DNA of 60,241 nucleotides, filler included. It is 7 parts of 7 records of this genome, joined end to end, with 100 filler letters (N's around TTAATTAATTAA, not from the genome) between each part and the next. Parts side by side here need not be neighbours in the genome. Positions count along the whole stretch, not along the records: positions 26,556 to 36,654 come from SRR31156797_13634; 6 more parts are not named here. One strand, written 5' to 3'. Shown piece by piece: positions 26,556 through 36,754 of this stretch (position 1 is its first letter; each line of letters opens with the position of its first letter). Position numbers and translations under genes: made by a program. Under the pieces are notes generated by a model. The model saw only the letters and a program-made list of their open reading frames with translations, did no database searches and was not told where the DNA came from.

Positions 26556-27308
26556 GACTGAGAATGTGACGTGCCCTCACTCGGTGTTCATGAACGTCTT
26601 ACACCCCACTTGCTCTGCCGCGGCAGCCGTCTGGGATGTCAGATGTTTCCAGGCGTCGTCGTCGGAGAGGAACATGCAGTAGTTCTCCCCGGCCCAGCCT
26701 TTGCTGGTGTAGGTCCAGTTGGCGCCGACCGTGTGGAGGATCTTCCACAGGGGTACCATCTCGTCGGGCTCTGTTACGGGCTCCCTTGAGTTCTGGTTCA
26801 GGACAAATTCAGCACCGGGTTTGTCAATGGGCGCTTCCATGTCGGCAAATTCGGGCTGTGCTTCCCGGTACTCTTCAAGAACGTCGTCAACAACAAACAC
26901 GAAATCGTCCACGGGGGTGGCCATGGCGCTGCCTGACTCGTTGGCCAGGGCCGCATCACAGGAGCCCAGGATACCCTTGGGGCGCTCTTCCCGGGGAATT
27001 GACGCCCTTGCATTAAAGACCAGCTGAGGGATGTTGATCTGCATCGGGCAGACATAGATGCATCTCTGGCACTGTGTGCACATCCAGATCCAGTCGGAAC
27101 TCAAGATCTCCTCATCCATTCCAAGGGCTGCCATCCTCAGGAACTTCCTCGGATCCATGCCTGCAAGACCGGTCGCAGGACAACCCGAGGCACATGCTCC
27201 GCAGGTAAGGCAGGCGTTGAGATTTCCGCCGTCCGGCAGGAGTTCCATCACCTTGTCCTTGAAAACGCTCTTTCTCTTTCCTCCAATTTTAATAGCTGCA
27301 TCACCCAT
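26556..27308 (-). CDS. HdrC/HdrD-like 4Fe-4S + CCG-domain oxidoreductase, probable selenoprotein, 3'-truncated
   Basis: CLTCGACASGCP and CTQCQRCIYVCP; in-frame TGA at 26579-26577 in NTE*GHVTFSV, frame open to the contig end. Confidence 0.8.
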
Positions 27309-27571
27309 GCTGTACTATCCTCCGTATTATTTTGAAACTTAAGCGTGTAAACACTTTGAGCATTCCATAACACCTCTACTGATCATTGAAATATCTTTGT
27401 TTTTCTCTCTTATTATTTCGAGCATGTCAACCTATTTTACAAGAAAGTGGGCCGGGAAGCAGCCGGGGTTTTTGGGTAAATACTCCTAAAACTAACTATT
27501 TCAGGGCCGTGGCAGGATGGGAAATATAGTTTTTTTTAACCCGGTGCGATTTGCGATTTCTATCCCGGGAA

Positions 27572-27599
27572 TTGACATTTTGTATCTGTGTACTACTAT
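27572..27599 (+). promoter_or_regulatory. sigma70 promoter of hrpA
   Basis: TTGACA, 16-nt spacer, TACTAT; ATG at 27609. Confidence 0.55.
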
Positions 27600-27608
27600 G
27601 CACACACC

Positions 27609-30600
27609 ATGAAGAGAGTTAAAAAAATTGAAAAACTTTTGTCAACCGTGATGTGTGTCGACCGTGCTCCCCTGATTCGGGGGATTCGAGGGGTCAAACA
27701 GGAAATAAAAAAAGGTGCCGGGGCCGGGGAAATTGAAAAACGGCTTGCCGCCCTTGAACGACGGGCAGGGCGATCCCGGGAAATCCGGGAAAAACGAAGG
27801 GCAGCCATGCCCCCGGTTACCTATATTCCCGAGCTTCCCATCACCGGGAAGAAAGAGGAGATCATCCATGCCCTGAAACACCACCGGGTGGTGATCATCT
27901 CCGGGGAGACAGGATCGGGAAAGACCACCCAGATTCCCAAATTCTGCATGGCTGCCGGCAGGGGGGCCGCCGGTAAGATCGGCTGTACCCAGCCCCGGCG
28001 GATTGCCGCCATCAATGTCGCCGCCCGGGTGGCCCAGGAGCTGGGCCAGGAACCCGGGAATGCCGTGGGATACAAGATCCGGTTCGACGACCGGTCCGGC
28101 CGGAACGCCATTGTCAAGGTCATGACCGACGGTATCCTCCTTGCCGAGACCCAGAAAGACCCCTTCCTGAACGAGTATGACACCATCATCGTGGACGAGG
28201 CCCACGAGCGAAGCCTCAATATCGATTTCACCCTTGGGATCCTGCGCAACCTGATCAGGAAACGGCCGGATCTCACCCTGGTGATCACCTCGGCCACCAT
28301 TGATACGGAGAAGTTTTCCAAGGCCTTTGACAACGCCCCGGTGATCGAGGTGTCCGGCCGGATGTATCCCGTGGAGCTGAGGTACAGGCCCCTTGACAAC
28401 CCGGAGGAGTCGGACCAGGACGACCAGGGGTATGTGGAGGCGGCCGCAAGGGCCGTGGATGAAATCCAGCGGGAGTCCCGCACCGGGGATATCCTGGTCT
28501 TCATGCCCACGGAGCGGGACATTGAAGAGACCATGGAGCTGATCCAGGGGCGCGGCTATCCCGGCGTCCTGGTGCTGCCGCTCTTTGCGCGGCTTTCCGC
28601 CAAGGACCAGGCCCGGGTGTTCACCCGGGGGGTGGGCCGGAAGATCATCGTGTCCACCAATGTGGCAGAGACCTCCCTCACCATTCCCGGCATCAAATAC
28701 GTGGTGGATTCGGGCCTTGCCAGGATTCTTCACTATTCGCCCAGGACAAGGACCACGGCCCTGCCTGTCAAACCCGTGTCCCAGAGCAGCGCCAACCAGC
28801 GAATGGGCCGGTGCGGCCGGGTGGAAAACGGTATCTGCATCCGCCTCTATGACGAGGATGAGTTCAATTCCCGGCCCTTTTTCACCGCGCCGGAGATCCT
28901 GAGAAGCAATCTTGCCGAGGTTATCCTGAGGATGATCTCATTGAAGCTGGGGGATGTGGCTTCATTTCCCTTCATCGATGCCCCCTCGCCCAAGAGTATC
29001 AAGGACGGGTTCGACACCCTGCTCGAGCTTGGCGCCATCACGAGGAAGCAGGGAAACAAGCGGCAAAAGGCCGTTCACCGGCTCACCGGCCGGGGCCGGG
29101 TCATGGCCGGTATCCCCGTGGATCCCAAGCTTTCCAGGATTCTTATCGAGGCCGACAGGCAGGGCTGCCTGGACGAGGCCGTCACCATCGTATCCGCCCT
29201 TTCCATTGCCGATCCCCGGCAGCGGCCCCAGGAGAAGGCCCAGCATGCCGACCAGATGCATGCGGCTTTCAAGGATCCCGCCTCGGATTTTGTGACCCTG
29301 CTCAATATCTGGAAGGCCTATGAAGCCGCGGAGCGGTCCCTCCGGAGCCGGGGCAAGGTGAGGCGGTTCTGCAAGGATAATTTCCTCTCCTTCAAGCGCC
29401 TGCGGGAATGGGGGGACATCCGGCGCCAGATCCGCTCGGTCCTGAAGGAGCACCGGATCAACGGAGATAACCGGGTGGCTTTACAGGGCGGAACCAAGGG
29501 GCTCAAGGCAAAGGAGTATGAAATGGGGGGGCCTTTTTATACGGCCCTTCACAAGAGTTTCCTGTCCGGCTATCTTGCGAACATCGCACGGAAAAAGGAG
29601 AAAAATATCTACACGGCCGCCAAGGGGCAGACCGCGGTGATCTTTCCGGGGTCCGGCATCTACGGTAAGGCCGGCGCATGGATCGTTGCGGCCGAGTTTG
29701 TGGAAACCACCAAGCTCTTTGCAAGGACCGCCGCCACCATCGATCCCGGGTGGCTCGAGGAGATCGGTCAGGAGCTTCTGACCCGCACCTGGTCCTCCCC
29801 CCGCTGGGAGAAGCGCCGGGGGGAAGTGGTGGCAACTGAGCAGATCTCCCTGTTCGGTCTGGTGATCGTGCCGGAACGTACCGTGGCCTATGGCAAGATC
29901 AATCCCCAGGAGGCGGGGGAGATCTTCATCCGTCACGCCCTTGTGGAACAGGAGGTGGCCAGGCCCTTTCCCTTCATGCAGCGTAACCAGGCCCTGATTG
30001 ACGAGCTCCGCAAGATGGAGGAGAAGACCCGGAAACGGGACATCGTGGCCACCGAGGATGATATTTTCTTTTTCTACCAGCAGCGGCTGAACGCGGATTT
30101 TTCAAACCTTGCCACCTTTGCCAAATTCCTCAAGGACAAGGGGGCGGACGAATTCCTGCGGCTGACCGTCGAGGATCTGCAGAAAAAGACCCTGGACCAG
30201 GAGGAGCTTTTAAAATTTCCGGACACCCTTGAGATGGGCGGCGGAAATTTCAAGCTCGAGTACGGGTTTCAACCGGGCAAGGAAACGGACGGTGTCACGG
30301 TCAAGGTGCCCGCCGTGTCCGCGGCCTCGGTGGCGGTGGGCACCATGGAGCGGCTGGTGCCCGGGCTTTTTGAGGAAAAGATCACCGCCCTGATCAAGTC
30401 CCTGCCGAAAAAACACCGGGTCAAGCTGGTGCCCGCATCTGCCAAGGCCGAAATTATAGCAAATGAGATGCCCGAGTCGGACCGGCCCCTGTTTCAGGAG
30501 TTGAGCCGTTTTGTAACGGCTCGGTTCAACGCGGACATCCCGGCATCGGCATGGTCCGACCGTGACCTTGAGGACCATCTGAAGATGCGCATCTCCATCA

Positions 30601-31601
30601 CCGACGCCAAGGGCAAGGAACTTGCGGCATCCAGGGAGAACGACGTGCTCCAGGCCTATGCCTCGGATGCCGGAGACCAGGACCACCTGTTTGATAAGGC
30701 CAGGAAGCGTCTCGAGCGAACCGGGGTGGTTTCCTGGGATTTCGGTGATATCTCCGCGCCCGTTCTCCTGGGACAGGGTCAGGAGGTCTCCTACAATGTC
30801 TATTACGGCCTGAGCTCGGAAAAGGACGGGGTGAGCCTCCGGTTGTTTAAATCCGAGGGCGAGGCACGTCAATCCCACCTGAACGGGATCCAGCATCTAT
30901 ATACCCTCTGCTATGAGAGTGATTTCAAGGCCCTTAAAAAGGATGTGAAGCGGTGGACCGGCCTGAAGAAACATGCCCCTCGATTCGGGGGATGGGAACG
31001 CTTGCAGAAATCCCTTGTCAACTGTGTGATCCGGGAGCTCTTTGCCAAGGATATCCGGACCGGGGAGGCGTTTGCGGACCGGGCAAAACAGCAGTTGCCC
31101 ACCCTCTACAGCCGGGGGGAGGAGCTGATGAAAACCGTTATGAGCCTCTGTGATGAGCATGAGCGGACCGCCGCCCTGCTGAAGGGCCTGGTCCTCAAGC
31201 TTCAAAACCGGCCGGCAGGGCTTGCCATGGCCAAAAAACTGCAACAGGATCTGGGGTCCCTGCTGCCGGAGGCATTTCCGGATCTCTATGATTTCTCCAG
31301 GATTAAAAAGATGGAGCGCTATGTGGCCGCCATCCGCATCCGGGCGGAACGGGGGGCGGTGGAACCGGTCAAGGATGCTGCCAAGGCGGAGCGGGTGGAA
31401 CGGTACACCGCAAAACTCAATGACATGGTGTCAGGCCTTTCCAGGGATTCCTCATCGGAAAAGGCCGAGGCCGTTGAAAACTTTTTCTGGATGATCGAAG
31501 AGTACAAGGTTTCGGTGTTTGCCCAGGAACTCAAGACCCTGGTGAAGATCTCTCCCAAGCGGCTGGACGCCATGTGCCTTGATATCCGGGCCATGATCTG
31601 A
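27609..31601 (+). CDS. hrpA: ATP-dependent RNA helicase HrpA
   Basis: GETGSGKTT, TQPRRIAA, DEAH, SAT, STNVAETSLT, QRMGRCGR; C-terminal WMIEEYKVSVFAQEL. Confidence 0.95.
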   Translation: MKRVKKIEKLLSTVMCVDRAPLIRGIRGVKQEIKKGAGAGEIEKRLAALERRAGRSREIREKRRAAMPPVTYIPELPITGKKEEIIHALKHHRVVIISGETGSGKTTQIPKFCMAAGRGAAGKIGCTQPRRIAAINVAARVAQELGQEPGNAVGYKIRFDDRSGRNAIVKVMTDGILLAETQKDPFLNEYDTIIVDEAHERSLNIDFTLGILRNLIRKRPDLTLVITSATIDTEKFSKAFDNAPVIEVSGRMYPVELRYRPLDNPEESDQDDQGYVEAAARAVDEIQRESRTGDILVFMPTERDIEETMELIQGRGYPGVLVLPLFARLSAKDQARVFTRGVGRKIIVSTNVAETSLTIPGIKYVVDSGLARILHYSPRTRTTALPVKPVSQSSANQRMGRCGRVENGICIRLYDEDEFNSRPFFTAPEILRSNLAEVILRMISLKLGDVASFPFIDAPSPKSIKDGFDTLLELGAITRKQGNKRQKAVHRLTGRGRVMAGIPVDPKLSRILIEADRQGCLDEAVTIVSALSIADPRQRPQEKAQHADQMHAAFKDPASDFVTLLNIWKAYEAAERSLRSRGKVRRFCKDNFLSFKRLREWGDIRRQIRSVLKEHRINGDNRVALQGGTKGLKAKEYEMGGPFYTALHKSFLSGYLANIARKKEKNIYTAAKGQTAVIFPGSGIYGKAGAWIVAAEFVETTKLFARTAATIDPGWLEEIGQELLTRTWSSPRWEKRRGEVVATEQISLFGLVIVPERTVAYGKINPQEAGEIFIRHALVEQEVARPFPFMQRNQALIDELRKMEEKTRKRDIVATEDDIFFFYQQRLNADFSNLATFAKFLKDKGADEFLRLTVEDLQKKTLDQEELLKFPDTLEMGGGNFKLEYGFQPGKETDGVTVKVPAVSAASVAVGTMERLVPGLFEEKITALIKSLPKKHRVKLVPASAKAEIIANEMPESDRPLFQELSRFVTARFNADIPASAWSDRDLEDHLKMRISITDAKGKELAASRENDVLQAYASDAGDQDHLFDKARKRLERTGVVSWDFGDISAPVLLGQGQEVSYNVYYGLSSEKDGVSLRLFKSEGEARQSHLNGIQHLYTLCYESDFKALKKDVKRWTGLKKHAPRFGGWERLQKSLVNCVIRELFAKDIRTGEAFADRAKQQLPTLYSRGEELMKTVMSLCDEHERTAALLKGLVLKLQNRPAGLAMAKKLQQDLGSLLPEAFPDLYDFSRIKKMERYVAAIRIRAERGAVEPVKDAAKAERVERYTAKLNDMVSGLSRDSSSEKAEAVENFFWMIEEYKVSVFAQELKTLVKISPKRLDAMCLDIRAMI

Positions 31602-31782
31602 GTTCAGTCAGCCAAAGTTTTTAAGGTTGATATTTATTTTCTGATGTGTACAATAATTCTGAATTGCTACTTGAGAAATAGCTGGCAATGTCCGATCTTA
31701 TCAGACTGAAGGCGGCAGGATCCATGTAACGTGAGCGGTTAACGCGATCCTGCCCGTTGACCCTCTGGACACAGGAGATTGA

Positions 31783-32514
31783 ATGGAAGAGATATTTAAC
31801 CACACCATTCTTGTGGTTGATGATGAGGCAAAGGCCATCGAGAAAATCGTGGGAACGCTTGGTATCGATACCACCTTTGCCGCCAGTGCCGTCGAGGGGA
31901 TCGAAAAGATCAAGAGCGCTTCCACACCCTTTTCTCTCATCATCTCCAACCAGCGGATGCCCGGCATGAAAGGGTATGACTTCCTGGAAAATGCCCGGGA
32001 GATAACCCCTGATTCGGTTCGGGTGCTTGTGACCGGATATTCCGACATGGATGCGATCATCGATGCCGTGAACAGGGGGGCGATTCACCGTTATATCTTG
32101 AAATCCTGGGACAGTGAGGAGTTTCTCAACACGGTGCGATCCGGCCTTTCCCACTATGAGGTGTCCCGGGAAAACGAGCGGCTGCTCCGCCTTGCAAAGG
32201 ACCAGAATGCCAAATTATATATGCTCAACTGCGATCTCAAGGAGAAGACAGAATCCGATCAAAAGGTCATCGCGCAGCTGGACAGGGAGATAGAGGCCCT
32301 GACCGGCAAGATGGACGGGGGCGAGGCCGCGGCCGGCAACCGGGAGGAGCTATCCCGGCAACAGCTGGAAACCATCCTGAAAGAGAACGGGCTTCTGACC
32401 CGGGAGAAACTGGAAGCGTTCCAGGGTGCGTTCCTGGGGGATCTGCTTGAACGGTTTCAGGACCTTGCCGCAAGAAACGGATTCTCCATGCCCGCGGGGC
32501 GTGATCAACTATAA
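31783..32514 (+). CDS. Response-regulator-like protein (receiver with Asp->Asn at the phosphoacceptor, plus coiled coil)
   Basis: ILVVDDE, LIISNQRMPG, LVTGY, YILKSW. Confidence 0.85.
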   Translation: MEEIFNHTILVVDDEAKAIEKIVGTLGIDTTFAASAVEGIEKIKSASTPFSLIISNQRMPGMKGYDFLENAREITPDSVRVLVTGYSDMDAIIDAVNRGAIHRYILKSWDSEEFLNTVRSGLSHYEVSRENERLLRLAKDQNAKLYMLNCDLKEKTESDQKVIAQLDREIEALTGKMDGGEAAAGNREELSRQQLETILKENGLLTREKLEAFQGAFLGDLLERFQDLAARNGFSMPAGRDQL

Positions 32515-32587
32515 GAACAGGGGCAGGCGATAGGGATGACAAACAGGGCGGCCCTTGGTCGTCCGGAACGCTTAAACATGGTGGGGT

Positions 32588-35044
32588 ATGGCAGATAGAG
32601 CTGAACACGAGATACTTGTAATTGAACACGACCCAACCCTCAGGAAGATGATCGAGGATACCTTGACCCGGGCCGGCCATCAGGTGCGGTGCGAAACCTC
32701 CTCCCTTGAGGCCCTGGCCCTCCTGAAAGCCAGGGAGGCGGCCCCCTTTTCCCTGGTGATTTCAAGTTTCAGGATGCCCAAGATGGAAGGGGACCAGATC
32801 CTTGAAAAGGCAAAGCGCATCTCCCCCCTTACCCAGCGGATGATCATCACCGATCCTTCCGAGATCGAGACGGTCATCGGCGCTGTTAACAGAGCCGAAG
32901 TCCACGGCTGTCTCGCCATCCCCTTTACGGAAGAAAACCTATCCTTTCAGGTCGATCAGTGTTTGAGAGCCCATCTCCAGAAGAGAAAGCGGGCAAACCT
33001 CATCAAGGTCACCGAGCGTCAGAATCGCCAGATGTACAAGCTGGCAAAGACGTTTAAGAAGCGGGACGACGATTTCACGGCCCAGATCGAGGCAAAGAAA
33101 AAGAAAATCCGGGTGTTGAAATCCAAGAGCCGGTCAAGGGGCGGGATCGATTCCGACCAGCCCCTCACCCTGGACAAGGTTGTGGAGCGCCATGGGGCGG
33201 AAGCGTCACCGGACCTGTTTGTCCGGGAGTTTCAGATCCTTTCCGATCTCCTGCTCACCCGATTGAACCAGGCCTGTGGCGACCATGACATCAGGCTTGG
33301 GCCCATGGGCTACGATCAGGTAACGGCGGCCCCGGTGCCGTCCCAGTTCCGGGGAGCCGTGGACCAGGTTCTTCCCATGGTGTTTTCCGAAGCAATGACC
33401 CTGGGACCGAAAGCTGTCACCCCGGAGCAGGATCAGCCCACCGGGGAGCAGTTGCCGCTGACGGATTATCTTGAGATCACGATCTCCGACGACCGGCTCA
33501 AGGCGTTTGCACGGATCAAGAAATGGGATGCCGACGTGGTGACGGTGGAAGCGGTCAAGGAGGCCCTGGACGAGCAGGGAATCTGCGCCGGTCTAAAGGA
33601 TGACGCCATGATAAAAACCTGGCTTTCCCTGGCAACCACTGAGGGTGATCCGTTTGTCATCGCCCAGGGCATTGCGCCTGAACACCCGGTTGATGCCACG
33701 GTAAAATATCATTTTGAGGCCGATTTCCGAATTCCGGGAAAGGTGCAGGAAGACGGCAGCATCGATTTCAGGGATCGGGGGGATATCCCGTTTGTCCAGG
33801 CCGGGACACTGCTTGCTGAAAAAACAGCCGCCCGGGAGGGCCGGTCCGGTACCGATGTCACGGGCCTTGAGATTCCCGTGGCCGAAGCCGTTGAGGTGAT
33901 GTTCAATGCCGGCACCGGCACCCGGTGCTCCGATGACGGGCTGCAGATCCATGCCGATGCCGATGGCCAGCCCCACCTGGATGCCATGGGCAATGTCTCG
34001 GTGTTTTCAGAGATTAAGATCGACGGGGATGTGGACTTTGAGACCGGGAACATCAATTTTGATGGGAATATTGTTGTGGCCGGCGTGATCAAGGAGGGGT
34101 TCAGCGTTCGGGGGGCCACCCTGACCGCCGGTCAGATCGAGGGCGCCGAGATCGAGCTCACCGGGGATCTCAACGTTGGGGCCGGAATCATCGATGCCAA
34201 GCTGATCCGGGTCCAGGGCAGTGTCCAGGCCAAATATGTGAATAATTCCGTGATCCGGGCCTTTGGCGATCTCATTGTCCAGAAGGAGATCATCGATTCA
34301 AGGGTGCTGTTGAGCGGCGAGTGCATCAACCAGACCGGTAATATCATCGCATCCACCATTGTTGCCAAGAAGGGGGTCCAGGCGGTTCACATCGGAACCG
34401 AGACCTCCTCTCCCACACGGGTCAGGGTGGGGGTGGACGATCATATCAAGGGGCTTTTGGCAGAGGTCAAGGCGCGGCTGAAGAGCAACAAGGATCAGAT
34501 CGCTGCGCGTAAGGCGGAGATTACGGCCCTTGAAACGGAAGACCAGGAGCTCCATGTGAAGATATCAGAGGCGGCTTATGTCCAGGACCGCTTCCAGGTG
34601 GAGCTGAGGAAGATACAAAAACAGATGGTGCCCCTCAAGGAATCCAACGATCTTCAGGAGCTTGGCAAGCTTTCCAAGCTGGTGAGAAAAATTCATAAGG
34701 AAGCCCAGGCGGCCGAGCAGGTCCTTGACCAGGCGTTCCAGCGCCAGGACATCCTGGTAAAGGATATCCAGGACCGGAAACGGCGCATCGCAAACCTGGA
34801 GGAGAATAACAAGTCCCTGGTCAATGAAAAGGATGCATTGCGTGAATTCTCCCGGAAAACCGAGGCCCTGCCCCAGGTGATCATCAGCAAGCGCGCCATG
34901 CCGGAGACCCTTATCGAAGGGCCCAACAGCGTCCTGAGGATCAATGAGTCCATCTCGAGGATGCGGGCCGTGGAGGTGAAGCGGGATGCCGACGGCGATG
35001 GCGGGATCTCCTTCCATGAGATGGTGCTCTCAAGCCTGAGTTAA
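32588..35044 (+). CDS. FapA/DUF342 family protein with N-terminal pseudo-receiver
   Basis: Receiver-like N-terminus (LVISSFRMP); DGSIDFR, GDVDFETGNINFDGNIVVAG; C-terminal coiled coil. Confidence 0.85.
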   Translation: MADRAEHEILVIEHDPTLRKMIEDTLTRAGHQVRCETSSLEALALLKAREAAPFSLVISSFRMPKMEGDQILEKAKRISPLTQRMIITDPSEIETVIGAVNRAEVHGCLAIPFTEENLSFQVDQCLRAHLQKRKRANLIKVTERQNRQMYKLAKTFKKRDDDFTAQIEAKKKKIRVLKSKSRSRGGIDSDQPLTLDKVVERHGAEASPDLFVREFQILSDLLLTRLNQACGDHDIRLGPMGYDQVTAAPVPSQFRGAVDQVLPMVFSEAMTLGPKAVTPEQDQPTGEQLPLTDYLEITISDDRLKAFARIKKWDADVVTVEAVKEALDEQGICAGLKDDAMIKTWLSLATTEGDPFVIAQGIAPEHPVDATVKYHFEADFRIPGKVQEDGSIDFRDRGDIPFVQAGTLLAEKTAAREGRSGTDVTGLEIPVAEAVEVMFNAGTGTRCSDDGLQIHADADGQPHLDAMGNVSVFSEIKIDGDVDFETGNINFDGNIVVAGVIKEGFSVRGATLTAGQIEGAEIELTGDLNVGAGIIDAKLIRVQGSVQAKYVNNSVIRAFGDLIVQKEIIDSRVLLSGECINQTGNIIASTIVAKKGVQAVHIGTETSSPTRVRVGVDDHIKGLLAEVKARLKSNKDQIAARKAEITALETEDQELHVKISEAAYVQDRFQVELRKIQKQMVPLKESNDLQELGKLSKLVRKIHKEAQAAEQVLDQAFQRQDILVKDIQDRKRRIANLEENNKSLVNEKDALREFSRKTEALPQVIISKRAMPETLIEGPNSVLRINESISRMRAVEVKRDADGDGGISFHEMVLSSLS

Positions 35045-35054
35045 ATACCATCTC

Positions 35055-35231
35055 CGGGGTCAGGCCTGCCCCCGTATTCGTATACCAATACCCCCCTGAA
35101 ATTAAAGCTTACTCGCAATGAGCTAACATCTTCGGGGGCAGGCTTAGCTTATTGGTGAAATGGCTCATCTCCGTGAATTCAGTCGCAATAAGCTAAGCCT
35201 GACCCCTGAAAGTAAACGCTAGGCCTGATCC
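35055..35231. repeat. Cluster of GGGG(T/G)CAGGC REP-like inverted repeats
   Basis: TTCGGGGGCAGGCTTAGCTTATTG (35131-35154) vs CAATAAGCTAAGCCTGACCCCTGAA (35186-35210); further hairpin at 35055-35074. Confidence 0.6.
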
Positions 35232-36065
35232 CTAATGGCTGATTGCTTTTTCGAGGTAATGGTTGCCTTCTTCTATCCTGCCTCGCTTGATGCATCCCTG
35301 GCCATAGATCCGGGCCTTTGAGCGGAAGACCTTCAGGGCTGCCTCCTGCTGCTCCCGGGTAAGAATACCGGCGTTCAACAGCTTTTCAATGGAGCGGATC
35401 CGGTATTTATCCAGGGAGTGATGGCTCGAAAGCTGGTCGTCGTGGCCCCCCCTCTTGATGGTGCAGGGACGGTCGATCAGGTCAATGGCATGGGTGGTCG
35501 CGATCCGCAGCCAGAGATCGTAATCCTCGCATGCCGGCAGTTCTTCGTCAAAATACCCCTTCAGCTCAAACAGGGATCGTCGGATCATTACGGCCGACGG
35601 ACTCACCAGGCAGAGCTCCAGGGAGGGCTCAAAGATCATTCCTGACAGCTTTTTGTGTTTGTTTTTGGGATTGACCCGTTTGCCGTTCCGGATCCAGATC
35701 TCCTCGGTCTGGCAGATCACGGCCTCCGGCTGATTGTTGAAAAAATCCACCTGGCAGGCGATCTTGTCCGGGGTCCAGAGGTCGTCGGAGTCGAGAAGGG
35801 CGATCATCTCCCCATGGCTTTGCCTGATGCCAAGGTTCCTTGCCGCGCTCACGCCTCTGTTTTTCTGGGACAGCACTGTAATCCGGTCTCCGTAGGATTG
35901 GAGAATTTCCCGGGTGTCGTCCGTGGACCCGTCATCCACCACGATGATCTCCAGGGGGTGATATGTCTGGTCCAGGACCGACTGGACCGCCTCTTTCAAT
36001 ATCCAGCCCCGGTTATAGGTGGGAATGATGGCCGTAACCAGGGGGGTGTTATCTGCTGTTTTCAT
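35232..36065 (-). CDS. Glycosyltransferase family 2
   Basis: IIPTYNR, VVDDGSTD, GVSAARN, LDSDD, EDYDLW. Confidence 0.92.
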   Translation of the reverse strand: MKTADNTPLVTAIIPTYNRGWILKEAVQSVLDQTYHPLEIIVVDDGSTDDTREILQSYGDRITVLSQKNRGVSAARNLGIRQSHGEMIALLDSDDLWTPDKIACQVDFFNNQPEAVICQTEEIWIRNGKRVNPKNKHKKLSGMIFEPSLELCLVSPSAVMIRRSLFELKGYFDEELPACEDYDLWLRIATTHAIDLIDRPCTIKRGGHDDQLSSHHSLDKYRIRSIEKLLNAGILTREQQEAALKVFRSKARIYGQGCIKRGRIEEGNHYLEKAISH

Positions 36066-36191
36066 GGCCCGAACATACCATGCCGCCGGATAAGTTGCAA
36101 ATCCATGCCCTTCGTCTTGACACAGGGGGTTAAATCGCTTATGCAGTACCGGAAGTATTCGTGATTCGTCACTTTTAATGAAGAGGATCTT

Positions 36192-36413
36192 ATGGCTAGG
36201 CTGAAACTAAAGGAACATGCGATAAACAGGGAGTGGTGCAAGGGATGCGGTATCTGTGTCCATTTCTGCCCCAAACAAGTGCTTGAGCTCGATTCCATGG
36301 AAAAGGTAGTTGCAGCAACACCCGAGGATTGTATCTGCTGCAAACTTTGTGAACTAAGGTGCCCTGATCTTGCCATCGAGGTGCTGACTTACCAGGATGA
36401 GAAAAAGGAATAA
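36192..36413 (+). CDS. 2-oxoacid:ferredoxin oxidoreductase delta subunit (2x4Fe-4S)
   Basis: CKGCGICVHFCP and CICCKLCELRCP; directly upstream of the alpha subunit. Confidence 0.88.
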   Translation: MARLKLKEHAINREWCKGCGICVHFCPKQVLELDSMEKVVAATPEDCICCKLCELRCPDLAIEVLTYQDEKKE

Positions 36414-36417
36414 GCCC

Positions 36418-36654
36418 ATGATCAAGTTTGTCCAGGGAAACGAGGCCTGCGTTGAGGGGGCACTCTATGCAGGCATTGATTTTTTTGCGGGATATCCCAT
36501 AACCCCTTCCACCGAAGTGGCGGAACTCTTGGCTGCGCGGCTTCCCGGAAAAGGGGGGAAATTTATTCAGATGGAGGATGAGATCGCCTCCATGTGCGCC
36601 ATCATTGGTGCCTCCCTCACCGGGCACAAGGTGATGACCGCCACCAGCGGTCCG
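36418..36654 (+). CDS. 2-oxoacid:ferredoxin oxidoreductase alpha subunit, truncated
   Basis: GNEAC, FFAGYPITPSTE, QMEDEIAS, TATSGP. Confidence 0.92.
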
Positions 36655-36754
36655 NNNNNNNNNNNNNNNNNNNNNNNNNNNNNNNNNNNNNNNNNNNNTT
36701 AATTAATTAANNNNNNNNNNNNNNNNNNNNNNNNNNNNNNNNNNNNNNNNNNNN

